Assembly: GCA_001774685.1 (NCBI GenBank)
Contig: MFAS01000001.1
Coordinates: 1,025,252-1,089,251 of the forward strand
Direction: 5' to 3'
Length of the DNA stretch: 64,000 nt
Source: Candidatus Collierbacteria bacterium RIFOXYD2_FULL_45_13
GTDB taxonomy: Bacteria > Patescibacteriota > Microgenomatia > UBA1400 > MFAQ01
The translations under genes were made by a program, and so were the position numbers. The notes beneath the pieces were generated by a model. It made no database searches. It was not told the origin of the DNA and saw only the letters and a program-made list of their open reading frames with translations. Positions 1-9,390 of the stretch are shown piece by piece; positions within the stretch are counted from its first letter, which is position 1; every line of letters begins with the position of its first letter.

Positions 1-1174
1 ACAACGCGGCCGGATCAAAACCTCCGGACAACGTTCTTCCTGAGGTTGGAATTGCCAAGTTGTAGGCACGGGCCAGACGGGTAATTGAGTCAAGCAAAAT
101 AACCACATCTTTCCCCATTTCGACCAAACGTTTCGCTCTTTCGAGGGCCATCTCGGCTACTCGGGTTTGCTCTTCGGCTTTTTCATCAAAGTTACTGGCC
201 GCTGTCTCACCAGGCATGGCACTATCTTTAGTCACAGCCAAAATATGCCTGCTAATATCGGTCACCTCCTCGGGGCGCTCTCCTACTAGCACCGCCATCA
301 AGTGTATTTCTGGATAATTTGTGGCTATTCCACTGGCAATTTCTTTAATTATTGTGGTCTTTCCGGCTTTGGGAGGAGACACAATCAAACCTCTCTGCCC
401 TCTCCCAATGGGAGCACACAGATCAATCAGTCGTGTCGATAATATTTCTTTGCCGGTTTCCAGTTTTAGCTTCTCAAATGGGTAAATAGGGGTGCCTTTT
501 TCAAATCTGAACCTGTCGAACATCTTCGACGGCTCCTCACCATTTACTTTAGTGATCTGGACCATTGTCCAGTATGGTTCAGTCTCCTTTGGCCTACGGG
601 CCAACCCAGTCACCACATCTCCGGCTCTAAGCTTGGACAATCGGCTAACCATCGAGGGGATCAAAACATCATCTTCACCCGAGCGGAATCCATGGCGCAG
701 GATTCCCCGTCCATCGGTTCCGGTCATCTCCAATATTCCGGAGACCTCCTCAGTAATTACCGGTTCCTGGGCCACTCTTTGGTATCCAGGACGCATTGGA
801 GCAAATCTGGGTTGAAATGGCACGCGCAGAGGCAAGGGAGCCCGTGTAAACGATCTTATAGGCTGAGGAACTACACCTGCCGATGGAGGTACCACATATG
901 GTTTTTTCTCACTACCACCACTCTCCTCTTTCGCCTCCTGGGCCACAACGTCACCGTTGTTTTTAGTTTCTTCCAGCGTCACGGCCTCGTTCTGGCTCTG
1001 TGTAGCCGTCGCTTCCGGCACTACAGCAGATTCTTGAGCTGGCTCCGGCGCCTCTTCAGGCGCAGAAACCACCTCCTTGGTTTTTGGAGCAATATCCAGT
1101 TCTTCGAGCTTGGGTATAACCTTCTTAACTTCGACTTTCGTCTTACTAACAACGGTCTTGGCTTTTGTGGCCAT
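1..1174 (-). CDS. rho: Transcription termination factor Rho, N-terminal ~390 aa; C-terminus runs off the window start
   Basis: Manual translation of the minus strand from ATG (complement of 1172-1174). It gives a Lys/Glu/Pro-rich N-terminal extension, a Rho OB-fold/CSD-like RNA-binding region (GILEMTGTDGRGILRH...DVLIPSMVSRLSKLRAGDVV) and the Rho ATPase core with P-loop PPKAGKTT, then LVGERPEEV. No stop before position 1. The plus-strand ORFs 492..815 and 692..1195 in the track are shadows of this gene. Confidence 0.85.
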   Translation of the reverse strand, partial: MATKAKTVVSKTKVEVKKVIPKLEELDIAPKTKEVVSAPEEAPEPAQESAVVPEATATQSQNEAVTLEETKNNGDVVAQEAKEESGGSEKKPYVVPPSAGVVPQPIRSFTRAPLPLRVPFQPRFAPMRPGYQRVAQEPVITEEVSGILEMTGTDGRGILRHGFRSGEDDVLIPSMVSRLSKLRAGDVVTGLARRPKETEPYWTMVQITKVNGEEPSKMFDRFRFEKGTPIYPFEKLKLETGKEILSTRLIDLCAPIGRGQRGLIVSPPKAGKTTIIKEIASGIATNYPEIHLMAVLVGERPEEVTDISRHILAVTKDSAMPGETAASNFDEKAEEQTRVAEMALERAKRLVEMGKDVVILLDSITRLARAYNLAIPTSGRTLSGGFDPAAL

Positions 1175-1661
1175 ATGGAAAATAAGGGGGGGTAATTGAT
1201 TAAATTAGGTGAAACAAAAAAGGTGAAATCTCATCCAACAAACTAATTCTACATCTCATCCATCCTCTGTCAAGCCAATTATTGTGACTACGCTGTCTTA
1301 CCTCTTGGCAAAATGCCTAGTCAAGCCTCCTGTCTGGATAAATACGTAACGTATGTCCTCAGTATTCTGAGGATCTTTTAGAATCGACGGAAAGGGGGTT
1401 TAGTTTAACTTTTAAGCCAGCAAAGGGTGAAACGCGTAAGGCTTTAGCCGCAGCGCCGGTTTTAAAGTGGCACTGCAAACCAAACCCATTTCACCTTTGG
1501 CTGACTCAAGAATATATCAAACTGATGGGTAGTATAACACCTATGGCTATAGTTTGTCAAGTCTACGCTATAGGTTCCACACACCACATCAATCTATCAA
1601 TCACCAACTCACCATCGGTTATTGAGCTCTTAGGTTCCTGAGTTCTTGATAGAATGGTCAT
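1175..1661. other. ~490-nt non-coding region between divergent rho and sortase genes (long rho leader is expected)
   Basis: No ORF with coding character. rho genes are classically preceded by long autoregulatory leaders. Confidence 0.4.
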
Positions 1662-2321
1662 ATGTTCCCCAAAAAAAGGCTCTTCGTTTCTATCGGTATC
1701 ATGTTTTGGACTCTGACTCTCGTTTTCGCTGTTCTCCCCTCCTGGCCCCATCTCTATTACCGCCTCCAACCCCAAGCCTCGAGCCTACTTGCCTCTACAA
1801 TAGCCGACACTGCCACTCAGGCACAAGAAACGATTACCGAACCAAGAACAACCCCATCTCCCTCCCCAACGTCAGTGCCAACAACCAACAACCCTGAACT
1901 TCCACCAGTCGACCCCTCACTACCCGAAGAAAATGGCCTCATTATTGACAAAATCGGAGTACGAGGAGAGATTCACGATGGCGAAGATGTCGAAGCTATT
2001 CTCAGAACAGGCATCTGGCGTGTCCCTGACTTCGGTACTCCTCCGGAAAACCTTCAACCCATCATTCTCGCAGCCCACCGCTGGGGTTATCTAGAGTGGT
2101 CTGCTTCATTCCGTAAATTAAACTCTTTCTACCATCTTCCCCAGTTGAAAGTCGGCGATACTATCAAGGTCATTTGGGAACAACGTCAGTATGAATACAA
2201 AGTGTACTCGACAGAAACAGGCACCGCAATCACCGACTATAATGCGAAACTCGTGCTCTACACCTGCCAATTATGGAACTCACCGGTCCGCTTCTTTGTT
2301 TACGCAAATCGAAGTAATTAA
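1662..2321 (+). CDS. Sortase-family transpeptidase (N-terminal TM anchor, Pro/Thr-rich linker)
   Basis: N-terminal hydrophobic helix, Thr/Pro-rich linker and a C-terminal domain with a conserved His (IILAAHRWGY) and the sortase active-site Cys context LVLYTCQLW (TLxTC-like). A terminator hairpin follows at 2321-2348. Confidence 0.65.
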   Translation: MFPKKRLFVSIGIMFWTLTLVFAVLPSWPHLYYRLQPQASSLLASTIADTATQAQETITEPRTTPSPSPTSVPTTNNPELPPVDPSLPEENGLIIDKIGVRGEIHDGEDVEAILRTGIWRVPDFGTPPENLQPIILAAHRWGYLEWSASFRKLNSFYHLPQLKVGDTIKVIWEQRQYEYKVYSTETGTAITDYNAKLVLYTCQLWNSPVRFFVYANRSN

Positions 2322-2348
2322 AACCCCTCTATTACGAGGGGTTTGTTT
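2321..2348 (+). terminator. Rho-independent terminator after the sortase gene
   Basis: AAACCCCTCTATTACGAGGGGTTTGTTT. Confidence 0.6.
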
Positions 2349-2351
2349 CCT

Positions 2352-3053
2352 TTATCTCCCAACCTTCTTCTCCAGCTTTTTTACTTCCCGCGCCGTATCG
2401 TCATCGATAACGGGCAAGACCTCTACATATCCAGGCTGAAGCATCAATTGCCGAGCTCGCTCACCGGGCGACAAGCTTTGCGTGCTTGCGTATGCCCCCA
2501 GCGCCTCCATAAACGGATCAGCTAACGCCGGGTCGTTGGTCGACGGGCCAGTAAAGGCCCCTCGAGTAGCCACAGCCGTCAACACCCTCCCGTCCGGATG
2601 CTGTACCCGCACGGTTACTTTGTCCTGCTTCCGGTGACTATACCCCTGCTTCATGCTATAAATCTTCACCGCCATCAGCCCGATCAAGACCAGTGCCACC
2701 ACATAGGAGATCGCGATCCAAAGACCATACTTCGGGTTTGTGAAGTAGAACACCAGAGCAATTACGGCCCCAGCCACAATCAGGCTGGCGGCAAACCCGC
2801 TCCATGTCTTACTAAAGTACAGCACCCCCATTGCCCCAAGGCCAATTGCTAACCAAAATAACAACGTTAGGCCATAGCTCGGGTTCACTACATAAAAAGC
2901 CAAGGCTGTTAGCAAGACGCTGATAAAGAAGCTCGCCCCCAATCCTGCCCATGAGGCTTTTGTCATTTTGAAAATAATCAGGGTAAAGACGACGATCAGC
3001 ACGCCAAACAAAAGCAGATATGTTTCTGGTCCACCACTTAGCAAGTTTTCCAT
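2352..3053 (-). CDS. Hypothetical polytopic membrane protein (4 predicted TM helices + ~90-aa C-terminal soluble domain)
   Basis: 233-aa ORF whose N-terminal 140 aa are strongly hydrophobic. No recognisable family motif. Confidence 0.6.
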   Translation of the reverse strand: MENLLSGGPETYLLLFGVLIVVFTLIIFKMTKASWAGLGASFFISVLLTALAFYVVNPSYGLTLLFWLAIGLGAMGVLYFSKTWSGFAASLIVAGAVIALVFYFTNPKYGLWIAISYVVALVLIGLMAVKIYSMKQGYSHRKQDKVTVRVQHPDGRVLTAVATRGAFTGPSTNDPALADPFMEALGAYASTQSLSPGERARQLMLQPGYVEVLPVIDDDTAREVKKLEKKVGR

Positions 3054-3189
3054 AGAACCTCCATTCCTCTCGGTTCGAATGTCAAAGGAAAATACTAGGC
3101 GTATTCTACTCTAAAGCCACTCATAGTCAATTTTGATCCCAGTAAGTATATAATCCAGTCCAGCAAGTACCCTAACTTTCGGAGGAATC

Positions 3190-3480
3190 ATGAAGTCTCC
3201 CTATTCTGACAGAATCAATCGTTTACGTAGAACCAGTGGGCTTTCCGGTTTAGCAACCCTGATCTTCAGTCTTATTACGGTTGGGCTGATTTTTCTCCCC
3301 GGAACGTACTTCCTTTTCGGGCTGATCCCCCTAATTATTTCCACGTTAATAGGCCTAAATGCCTCCTTCACAGCCGAAGTCTATGAAAGGCAAGAAATCG
3401 ACTGGAAGATAAATCAAAAGTTAGACGCTCTCAAAGCGTACTATCTTCAGGAAAAAGAAAGGATGAATCAGAAGGAATAG
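3190..3480 (+). CDS. Small membrane protein (2 TM), hypothetical
   Basis: 96-aa ORF with two hydrophobic helices. Followed by the terminator hairpin CACCCCTAACCGGGGTG + T-run (3490-3515). Confidence 0.5.
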   Translation: MKSPYSDRINRLRRTSGLSGLATLIFSLITVGLIFLPGTYFLFGLIPLIISTLIGLNASFTAEVYERQEIDWKINQKLDALKAYYLQEKERMNQKE

Positions 3481-3489
3481 CCATACCAA

Positions 3490-3515
3490 CACCCCTAACC
3501 GGGGTGTTTTTATAG
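3490..3515 (+). terminator. Rho-independent terminator
   Basis: CACCCCTAACCGGGGTG followed by TTTTTAT. Confidence 0.65.
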
Positions 3516-3532
3516 TTTTGGCCAAAAGAAAT

Positions 3533-3558
3533 CCCCAGCCTCGGTTTGAGGCTGGGGA
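3533..3558. terminator. Bidirectional hairpin CCCCAGCCTC-GGTTT-GAGGCTGGGG flanked by A/T runs
   Basis: Perfect 10-bp stem between convergent ORFs. Confidence 0.55.
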
Positions 3559-3572
3559 TTTTAATATGTGGC

Positions 3573-3878
3573 TTACGGCCACAAGGGAGCGGAGGTGGGG
3601 CTGGGAACAACAATAGGCGTGGCTGTGGAGGACCATTCCTCCGGACAATTCAGCCCGGCCAGTTGACAAGCTATTCCAAAATTCCCATCAGGGACATGTT
3701 CGTCGATACCAGGCTCGACAATACCACGATAAATGCCTCCAACGACCGCGAACACGATGATGAAAATCATCACCAGCAAGGCCAAAGTCGCGAACTTATA
3801 TTTACCCAATTTGCGCCTCCAAAAATTGAAAAGAATGTGTGGGCTATTACGCCCACGATAACCCATAGTATACCACAC
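3573..3878 (-). CDS. Small hypothetical membrane protein (GTG start)
   Basis: 101-aa ORF with one clear TM helix (LALLVMIFIIVFAVVGGIY). The bidirectional hairpin at 3533-3558 lies just downstream. Weak support only. Confidence 0.3.
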   Translation of the reverse strand: MWYTMGYRGRNSPHILFNFWRRKLGKYKFATLALLVMIFIIVFAVVGGIYRGIVEPGIDEHVPDGNFGIACQLAGLNCPEEWSSTATPIVVPSPTSAPLWP

Positions 3879-3916
3879 TATAGCTACAAAGTCAAATCAC
3901 CCGATCCTTCGGCTAG

Positions 3917-5749
3917 CTATCTCCCTCTTCCTATCAATCTCGACCACATACCAGATACTGCTTTACCTGCTCTTTTCATAAAGGCTGTCAAACCATTATC
4001 CTCAGTTGGATTTTCAGTGGCGGTTACCCCACCAAATCTCTCTGTGGCCTCATCCCTCAAAAATCCAACTAGACTACTCATCACAGCTAGGTTGCTCCTC
4101 GTCTCCTCCATCATCTGATTCATTCTAGTTTCTCCTGATACACGCGCACGGTTCAGTTCGTCCAGTTTTCTATCGCGATCAAGATTTACCTCCCTGGTTT
4201 CATTTCGAGCCCGATCTCTAATGGCTCTAATTTCCGGCTTCACTGGCTGATAGGCTTCTTCAATCATATCTACTGCTTCAAACCCAGTTGCTCCATTTTT
4301 GGCTTTAAAATTACCTTCAGCATCTAGTTCAAGATCTTCGTTATTTTCCAGTACTCTTGCCGTCACCGTATCTACGGACACACGTTTACGCTCAGATACT
4401 CCATCAATTTTCTTGTTTGCTTCATCATTTATTTCCTCAGCCCACTGTTTCGTAGCCTCTTCCAAAGAATCCATCGACTTAGCAGTCTCCACTACTACCG
4501 AAAACTCACTGAGTGCTATTACGTCAGCCACCTCATTAAGGCTCTTCAAAGCCTCAGCTCCACGTAATTCAACTGAGCTCATTTTTTCTGCAGCGCGATC
4601 GAGCATATCCCTGTCTTTTTCGATCAGTGCCTGCAGCTCACCAACTACTTTGACAACTTCTTTTGAATCATTCATCCGTACGTCTCTTTGTCTGCCGATT
4701 TCACTTTTTCTTTCTTCCAGCTGATGGACTTTTTCTTCGGCAGTCAACCTCACCGATTCTAATTCACCGAGCCGGACATTTCCTTGTTTAATTTTCTCTC
4801 CAAAGCCGGCAGTCTTTTTTTCTATACTGCTCTTGGCATCAGATAAAGAATTCACCATATCAGCTTCAGCCGCTTCCAATGCCTTCTTATTGTCCTGCTG
4901 AACGGCCACTTTATCTCTCTCCATCCTCTCACCAAAATTCTCCAGTCTTTTTTGCTGTAACTCCTCACCTTTGTGTGCACCTTCCAGCACCAATCCTGCC
5001 TGATATGTCACATCCAAACCGAGTACAGAAAGAGCCTTTCTCGCATTTTCATCCAAACTCTGGCCCGCTTCTATTTTTGACCTGTACTCAATTAACAACC
5101 TTTCTGCCTCAGCGATCTCTGGTTTATATTTTTCGCTCACCTCACTTAGCTTGTTATTCAAGTCCAAGGACAGACGACCTTTCTCCGCCGAGAATTCGTC
5201 TTCAATCACTCTTGTTTGTCTAGCCAACTTTGCTTCACCTAAGCTCAGTGATTGCTCCATAAAAAACACAGCACCGCTTTGTTGCATTATTTCTGACTGC
5301 ACTTTAGCCAAATCCTGTCTAGCTTGATCAAGATTCTTTTCTGCCAGTTTGTAGTTCTCCTCCAACTTCGCGGCCTCCTTCTGAATTTGTGGCACACTGC
5401 GTTCAACATCAGCCTTGAATGTCTCCCTCTGTTGAAGTCGTGCTCCCACGTTTTCCTGAAATCTGCCCATTCTATCAGCGTGAGAAATACTTAGCTTTGC
5501 CTCTGTCTTTATCCCATTTATATCTACCTGTCCTTGAGCAGCAATGGCGCTAGTCGCCTCAGCTGGGTTTGCAATTGCACCCATACCTTGTTCTGTTGTA
5601 ATGACTGGGGCGGTCGAAAATCCATCCGGGTGCAAAGTTAGTGCTTCCGCCATCGGTTCCGGTGCTACTCCTAGGGTAAATTCAGCTGCAAAGGGTGCAT
5701 CCCCGCCTTGATTACCGTCTTTATCTACTGGAGGATTCTGTGCTTCCAT
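3917..5749 (-). CDS. Long coiled-coil protein (610 aa), hypothetical
   Basis: Long ORF with an Ala/Gly-rich N-terminus followed by ~500 aa of E/K/L/A/Q-rich heptad-like sequence. No Walker motifs, so not SMC-like. Confidence 0.75.
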   Translation of the reverse strand: MEAQNPPVDKDGNQGGDAPFAAEFTLGVAPEPMAEALTLHPDGFSTAPVITTEQGMGAIANPAEATSAIAAQGQVDINGIKTEAKLSISHADRMGRFQENVGARLQQRETFKADVERSVPQIQKEAAKLEENYKLAEKNLDQARQDLAKVQSEIMQQSGAVFFMEQSLSLGEAKLARQTRVIEDEFSAEKGRLSLDLNNKLSEVSEKYKPEIAEAERLLIEYRSKIEAGQSLDENARKALSVLGLDVTYQAGLVLEGAHKGEELQQKRLENFGERMERDKVAVQQDNKKALEAAEADMVNSLSDAKSSIEKKTAGFGEKIKQGNVRLGELESVRLTAEEKVHQLEERKSEIGRQRDVRMNDSKEVVKVVGELQALIEKDRDMLDRAAEKMSSVELRGAEALKSLNEVADVIALSEFSVVVETAKSMDSLEEATKQWAEEINDEANKKIDGVSERKRVSVDTVTARVLENNEDLELDAEGNFKAKNGATGFEAVDMIEEAYQPVKPEIRAIRDRARNETREVNLDRDRKLDELNRARVSGETRMNQMMEETRSNLAVMSSLVGFLRDEATERFGGVTATENPTEDNGLTAFMKRAGKAVSGMWSRLIGRGR

Positions 5750-5873
5750 ATATTTTCTATATATTAACTATCTTTCAGTATTCCACAAATAAATTCACAT
5801 ATCAATAGAAACGTCGTTATTGCTGTATCATACGTCTTAACGTTTTTAGCTCTTTAAATCTCTGGAGGTAATC

Positions 5874-6638
5874 ATGTTCTCTCGACTCACAAAGCAAGTA
5901 GTGCTTGTTCTGATCCTCACTCTGGTTGTTTTTCTAGTCCACCTATGGGCACAAAAACAAAGGCGAGCCACCCCCGAAACAGTTCTCCCGCCTACGCATA
6001 CCGCCACAACGTCACCGACACTCACCCCGTCTCCAGCTACATTCACGGCGATCCCTTCCTTAATACCGGCAACCAATACCCAACAACCAACAACTCCCTC
6101 TGTTCCCCAGTTCTACACCGTCCAAACTGGTCAAACTTTGGGGCAGATCGCCGCCATGTTCGGCTTGAACATCGAGGATTTGGCCTTAGCCAATCATATT
6201 ACAGACATCAATCTCATCTACGCCGGACAAGAACTCTACCTCGGCTCAGTGCCTATCATTGTTCCGGAGCCTTCGGTCTTTGTTGGCAAGCAAATTATCG
6301 TTATTCTCTCTACTCAGCGGGCTTACGCCTTCGAAGATGGTGTTCTCGCCCATATCGAGTTTATCGTCGCTACCGGTGTCACTGCCTATCCCACCGTCAC
6401 CGGCAACTATGAAATTTACATCAAACTGGAATCAACCCGTATGACCGGACCTGGCTACGACATCGCCAATGTTCCCTGGACTATGTACTTTTATCAAGGT
6501 TATGGCTTCCACGGCGCGCCCTGGAACCACAACCTAGGCACTCCGGGCAGTCACGGCTGTGTCAACATGAGCGTCGAAGACGCCGACTGGCTTTTCCACT
6601 GGGCCTCTGTTGGTACTCCAGTCACCATCTTCCCTTAA
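5874..6638 (+). CDS. LysM domain + L,D-transpeptidase (YkuD family) cell-wall protein
   Basis: N-terminal TM, Thr/Pro-rich linker, LysM motif (YTVQTGQTLGQIAAMFGLNIEDLALANHI...YAGQELYL), and a YkuD catalytic signature HGAPW...GTPGSHGCVNMSVEDADWLF (His/Cys dyad). Terminator hairpin at 6645-6672. Confidence 0.8.
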   Translation: MFSRLTKQVVLVLILTLVVFLVHLWAQKQRRATPETVLPPTHTATTSPTLTPSPATFTAIPSLIPATNTQQPTTPSVPQFYTVQTGQTLGQIAAMFGLNIEDLALANHITDINLIYAGQELYLGSVPIIVPEPSVFVGKQIIVILSTQRAYAFEDGVLAHIEFIVATGVTAYPTVTGNYEIYIKLESTRMTGPGYDIANVPWTMYFYQGYGFHGAPWNHNLGTPGSHGCVNMSVEDADWLFHWASVGTPVTIFP

Positions 6639-6644
6639 CCCTCT

Positions 6645-6672
6645 CCCCGCCCCAGGCGGGGTTTTTCTTATT
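6645..6672 (+). terminator. Rho-independent terminator after the L,D-transpeptidase gene
   Basis: CCCCGCCCCAGGCGGGG + TTTTTCTT. Confidence 0.65.
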
Positions 6673-6689
6673 AATCTATCCCATATTAG

Positions 6690-7202
6690 TTGACAAACAA
6701 GCTATTGAGTGTTACACTACTCCTCATGAAATCACTTTTGCCTATCATTCTCATTATTTTGGTTCTTACCGGAGCCATAACGTACTCGCTTTCCAAACGC
6801 AGCATCGCCAAACGTGAGGAAAACCGTTTTGGTATCGCGGCCAATCAGCTAGATTCAGGCTCAATTGTCACTCCTACAGCTACTCCAAAAATTACCCCTC
6901 TTATCACCCCCAAACCCTCGGTCACCCCTACTCCGTCCAAGGCCGTTGAAGGAATAATTTCTACCCTACCTACCGTAACCGAAAACAGCACTGGAACCAA
7001 AGGTGGCCAAGATACCTCTTCAGATCGGGTGGTCACCAAAATAACTAAAACTATCGTTTGTACCCCGGTTTACGGCCAAGCCAACACCTGTACCGAACAC
7101 ATTGTGGTTGATACTGGTGCTGCCGATGCCATCTTCTTTAACTTCGCTGGCCTATCTTACCTTGCCGGTCTAGCTTCATTCGTCCTCGCCAAACGAGCTT
7201 AA
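6690..7202 (+). CDS. Thr/Pro-rich secreted or membrane-anchored protein; real start may be the ATG at 6727
   Basis: N-terminal TM/signal sequence, a long TP-rich low-complexity region, a Cys-containing segment, and a C-terminal hydrophobic stretch ending in KRA, which resembles a cell-wall sorting tail but has no clear LPXTG. Confidence 0.5.
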   Translation: MTNKLLSVTLLLMKSLLPIILIILVLTGAITYSLSKRSIAKREENRFGIAANQLDSGSIVTPTATPKITPLITPKPSVTPTPSKAVEGIISTLPTVTENSTGTKGGQDTSSDRVVTKITKTIVCTPVYGQANTCTEHIVVDTGAADAIFFNFAGLSYLAGLASFVLAKRA

Positions 7203-7327
7203 CAATCGTCATTGAATCCTTCTCCTTGCCTTCTTAGGAAGGCAGGAAGTAGAATTCAATCTACGCACGCTGAAAAATTCCAATACCCCGTAATCGGGGA
7301 ACCCAAACCCAAAAGGAGAATTACTCA

Positions 7328-8308
7328 ATGGGCATTATATTCTGGATCGTTCTTGTTGTCTGGATCGTGGTCCTTCTGGGCTTACTGGCCTGGGTCTGGT
7401 TCGCCGACCGTAAGGTCCTCCCGATCATCGTACTTGCTTTGTTCCTGTTGGCATCCGCCGTCGTGGGCTACTTAAACTTTCCTAGTACCACCGCCGCCGA
7501 CTGTGTCTCGGACACCCTGGTGACCGAGCCTAAGGTCGACCAGATCGTCTACGACGATCTCTCAGACGGTGACCCGACCACCTGGACAGTCACCATCGTC
7601 AATCCGGCCAAGGCATCACTGTCATTGCGCCACACGGTGGTCATCGTCTCAGAAGCTGGACACAGCGTCGATGTTGTCTATTCCAAGATGATCTTCTCCA
7701 GCTACCGCCTCAGCGGTACCCGGGAGGAAGTCCTCTGCTTTATCGAGGCCATCCTCGGCGACAACAAGGTTGGGTTCAAAATCTGGAACAACGACACCAC
7801 CGATATTCCCCGAGGCTGGACCACTGTCGTGGAAACCAAGGGCTGGTGGGACGAAATGACCACCTGGAATTACGGTGATGAAGCCCACATCGACTCGGGC
7901 AAGCCCGTCGAGGGTTTCTGCGAGCCCACCAAGTCATGTGTCATTCTGCCGGCCAAAGACCACCTCATTCACGGCCAACTCTGGCTGGCCGGACACGAAG
8001 GTTATGCCGTCCACTTCCAAGTCGAAGGCGGCTACCGCATGACCGCTCCCATTGGCTGGCAGGGTTCCACCTGGGACTATGCCACTCTTCTGGACTCTCT
8101 CCAGGAGACCATCATGCAGGCCTCACGCTTCGCTGTCGAGCGCGATCACATTCTCGATGTGGTCGAGTACTTCTGCGGCGACCCCAGCCACCTGCCTGGA
8201 ACCGTGCTCGACGCCAGCTACCTTAACGATGATGGTCACACTGTGACCATCCACGCCACCTGGCATACCACCTCCGTTGGATTCACCTGCGAAAAGGTGA
8301 GCCCCTAA
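7328..8308 (+). CDS. Hypothetical membrane-anchored protein (GC-rich gene)
   Basis: An AAGGAG RBS precedes the ATG. Two N-terminal TM helices are followed by a 270-aa soluble domain with several Cys/Trp. GC content is visibly higher than in flanking genes. Strong terminator at 8324-8355. Confidence 0.7.
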   Translation: MGIIFWIVLVVWIVVLLGLLAWVWFADRKVLPIIVLALFLLASAVVGYLNFPSTTAADCVSDTLVTEPKVDQIVYDDLSDGDPTTWTVTIVNPAKASLSLRHTVVIVSEAGHSVDVVYSKMIFSSYRLSGTREEVLCFIEAILGDNKVGFKIWNNDTTDIPRGWTTVVETKGWWDEMTTWNYGDEAHIDSGKPVEGFCEPTKSCVILPAKDHLIHGQLWLAGHEGYAVHFQVEGGYRMTAPIGWQGSTWDYATLLDSLQETIMQASRFAVERDHILDVVEYFCGDPSHLPGTVLDASYLNDDGHTVTIHATWHTTSVGFTCEKVSP

Positions 8309-8323
8309 TCTCCAGTTTCCTCT

Positions 8324-8355
8324 TCGCCCTCCCGCATTGCGGGGGGGCGTTTTTA
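8324..8355 (+). terminator. Rho-independent terminator
   Basis: CGCCCTCCCGCATTGCGGGGGGGCG + TTTTTATT. Confidence 0.7.
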
Positions 8356-8392
8356 TTGACTTTCGAGCCAAACTGTGATATTATAGGGCTTC

Positions 8393-9316
8393 ATGAGATC
8401 GTCCCAAAATCATCCACTCATATCAGTCATCATCCCCGTTTACAATGGAAACGGCTATCTTCCTGCAGCTCTCCAAAGTATTCTGTCACAGACCTACAGA
8501 CATTTTGAAGTAATTGCTATCGACGACGGCTCCACCGATAATTCTTACGAGATTCTCCAGAGATTCGCCAAACTCGACTCCCGCGTTCGCGTTTTCCGAA
8601 ATTCCAAAAATCTTAACATTGCCCACACTCTTAACAGGGGAATTAGACTGGCCAAGGGACAGTTTATCGCCCGCATGGATGCCGACGATGTCTCCCTCCC
8701 TCACCGTCTAGCCAAACAAATTCATTATCTGAAACTCCATCCCGACGTGGTTATTGTAGGCGGCCAAGCCAAAACCATCGACATCGATGGTATGGCTCTC
8801 GGCCGCAAACTATTTCCCATATCCAATAAACAAATCAGAGAGGCGCTTTTCACCAGCAACCCCATCCAGCACCCAACTGCGATGATAAACAGATCCCTTT
8901 TACCCAAAAACTTCTCTTGGTACGATCCGTCGCTACCTCCTGCCGAAGATTATGACCTCTTTTTCCGATTAGGAAAATACGGTAACTATCACAATCTCTC
9001 CTGCTTTGTTCTTCAATACCGTCAGTATATTGGTTCAGCCACATTCAAAAATCCTATTAAAACTTTTAGTGCCACCAGACAAGTTCGACAGCGAGCTACT
9101 TCTAAATATGGCTATATACCTAGTTTTAGATCCAAACTGGTTCACGCTCTTCAGGTCGCCGCCGTCACCCTTCTTCCGGAATCACTTATATATCCTGCAT
9201 ATGTCTTGGCCAGGGGCATCCGTTCCCCACTCCAGCTATTGGCAGACTATTTGGCTGAGATGAGGTTCTTTCCAAACATTGAGCCAAAAGTGGAAGATTT
9301 GTCGTCTCGGGTTTAA
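8393..9316 (+). CDS. Family 2 glycosyltransferase
   Basis: N-terminus ISVIIPVYNGNGYLPAALQSILSQTY...EVIAIDDGSTDNS...ARMDADD matches the GT2 fold (DxD, nucleotide-sugar binding). Confidence 0.85.
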   Translation: MRSSQNHPLISVIIPVYNGNGYLPAALQSILSQTYRHFEVIAIDDGSTDNSYEILQRFAKLDSRVRVFRNSKNLNIAHTLNRGIRLAKGQFIARMDADDVSLPHRLAKQIHYLKLHPDVVIVGGQAKTIDIDGMALGRKLFPISNKQIREALFTSNPIQHPTAMINRSLLPKNFSWYDPSLPPAEDYDLFFRLGKYGNYHNLSCFVLQYRQYIGSATFKNPIKTFSATRQVRQRATSKYGYIPSFRSKLVHALQVAAVTLLPESLIYPAYVLARGIRSPLQLLADYLAEMRFFPNIEPKVEDLSSRV

Positions 9317-9390
9317 TCAGGTTGACTTACACCCTATAACGTGCTACAATTCTCTATCACTTTTCGTATCCTATTCAGCTCATTAAATAT

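Noticed and set aside
492-1195. Plus-strand ORFs 492..815 and 692..1195 from the track
   Set aside because: They lie antisense to a well-supported rho CDS with Rho motifs on the minus strand. The plus-strand translations are low-complexity and Arg/Ser-rich, typical of shadow ORFs.
1400-1480. Possible RNase P RNA or tmRNA because of AGGGTGAAACGCGTAAGG
   Set aside because: Only a short resemblance to the RNase P P10/11 consensus. The other universally conserved RNase P blocks (GGAAAGTCCGGGCTCC, ACAGAACCCGGCTTA) and a tmRNA tRNA-like end are absent.
3546-4118. 190-aa plus-strand ORF
   Set aside because: Overlaps the terminator hairpins and the 3' end of the 610-aa minus-strand gene. Low-complexity Gly/Arg-rich start, and no RBS.
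6690-7202. Calling the Thr/Pro-rich protein a sortase substrate
   Set aside because: It ends with a hydrophobic stretch + KRA tail like a sorting signal, but no LPXTG/LAXTG-type pentapeptide is present upstream of it.
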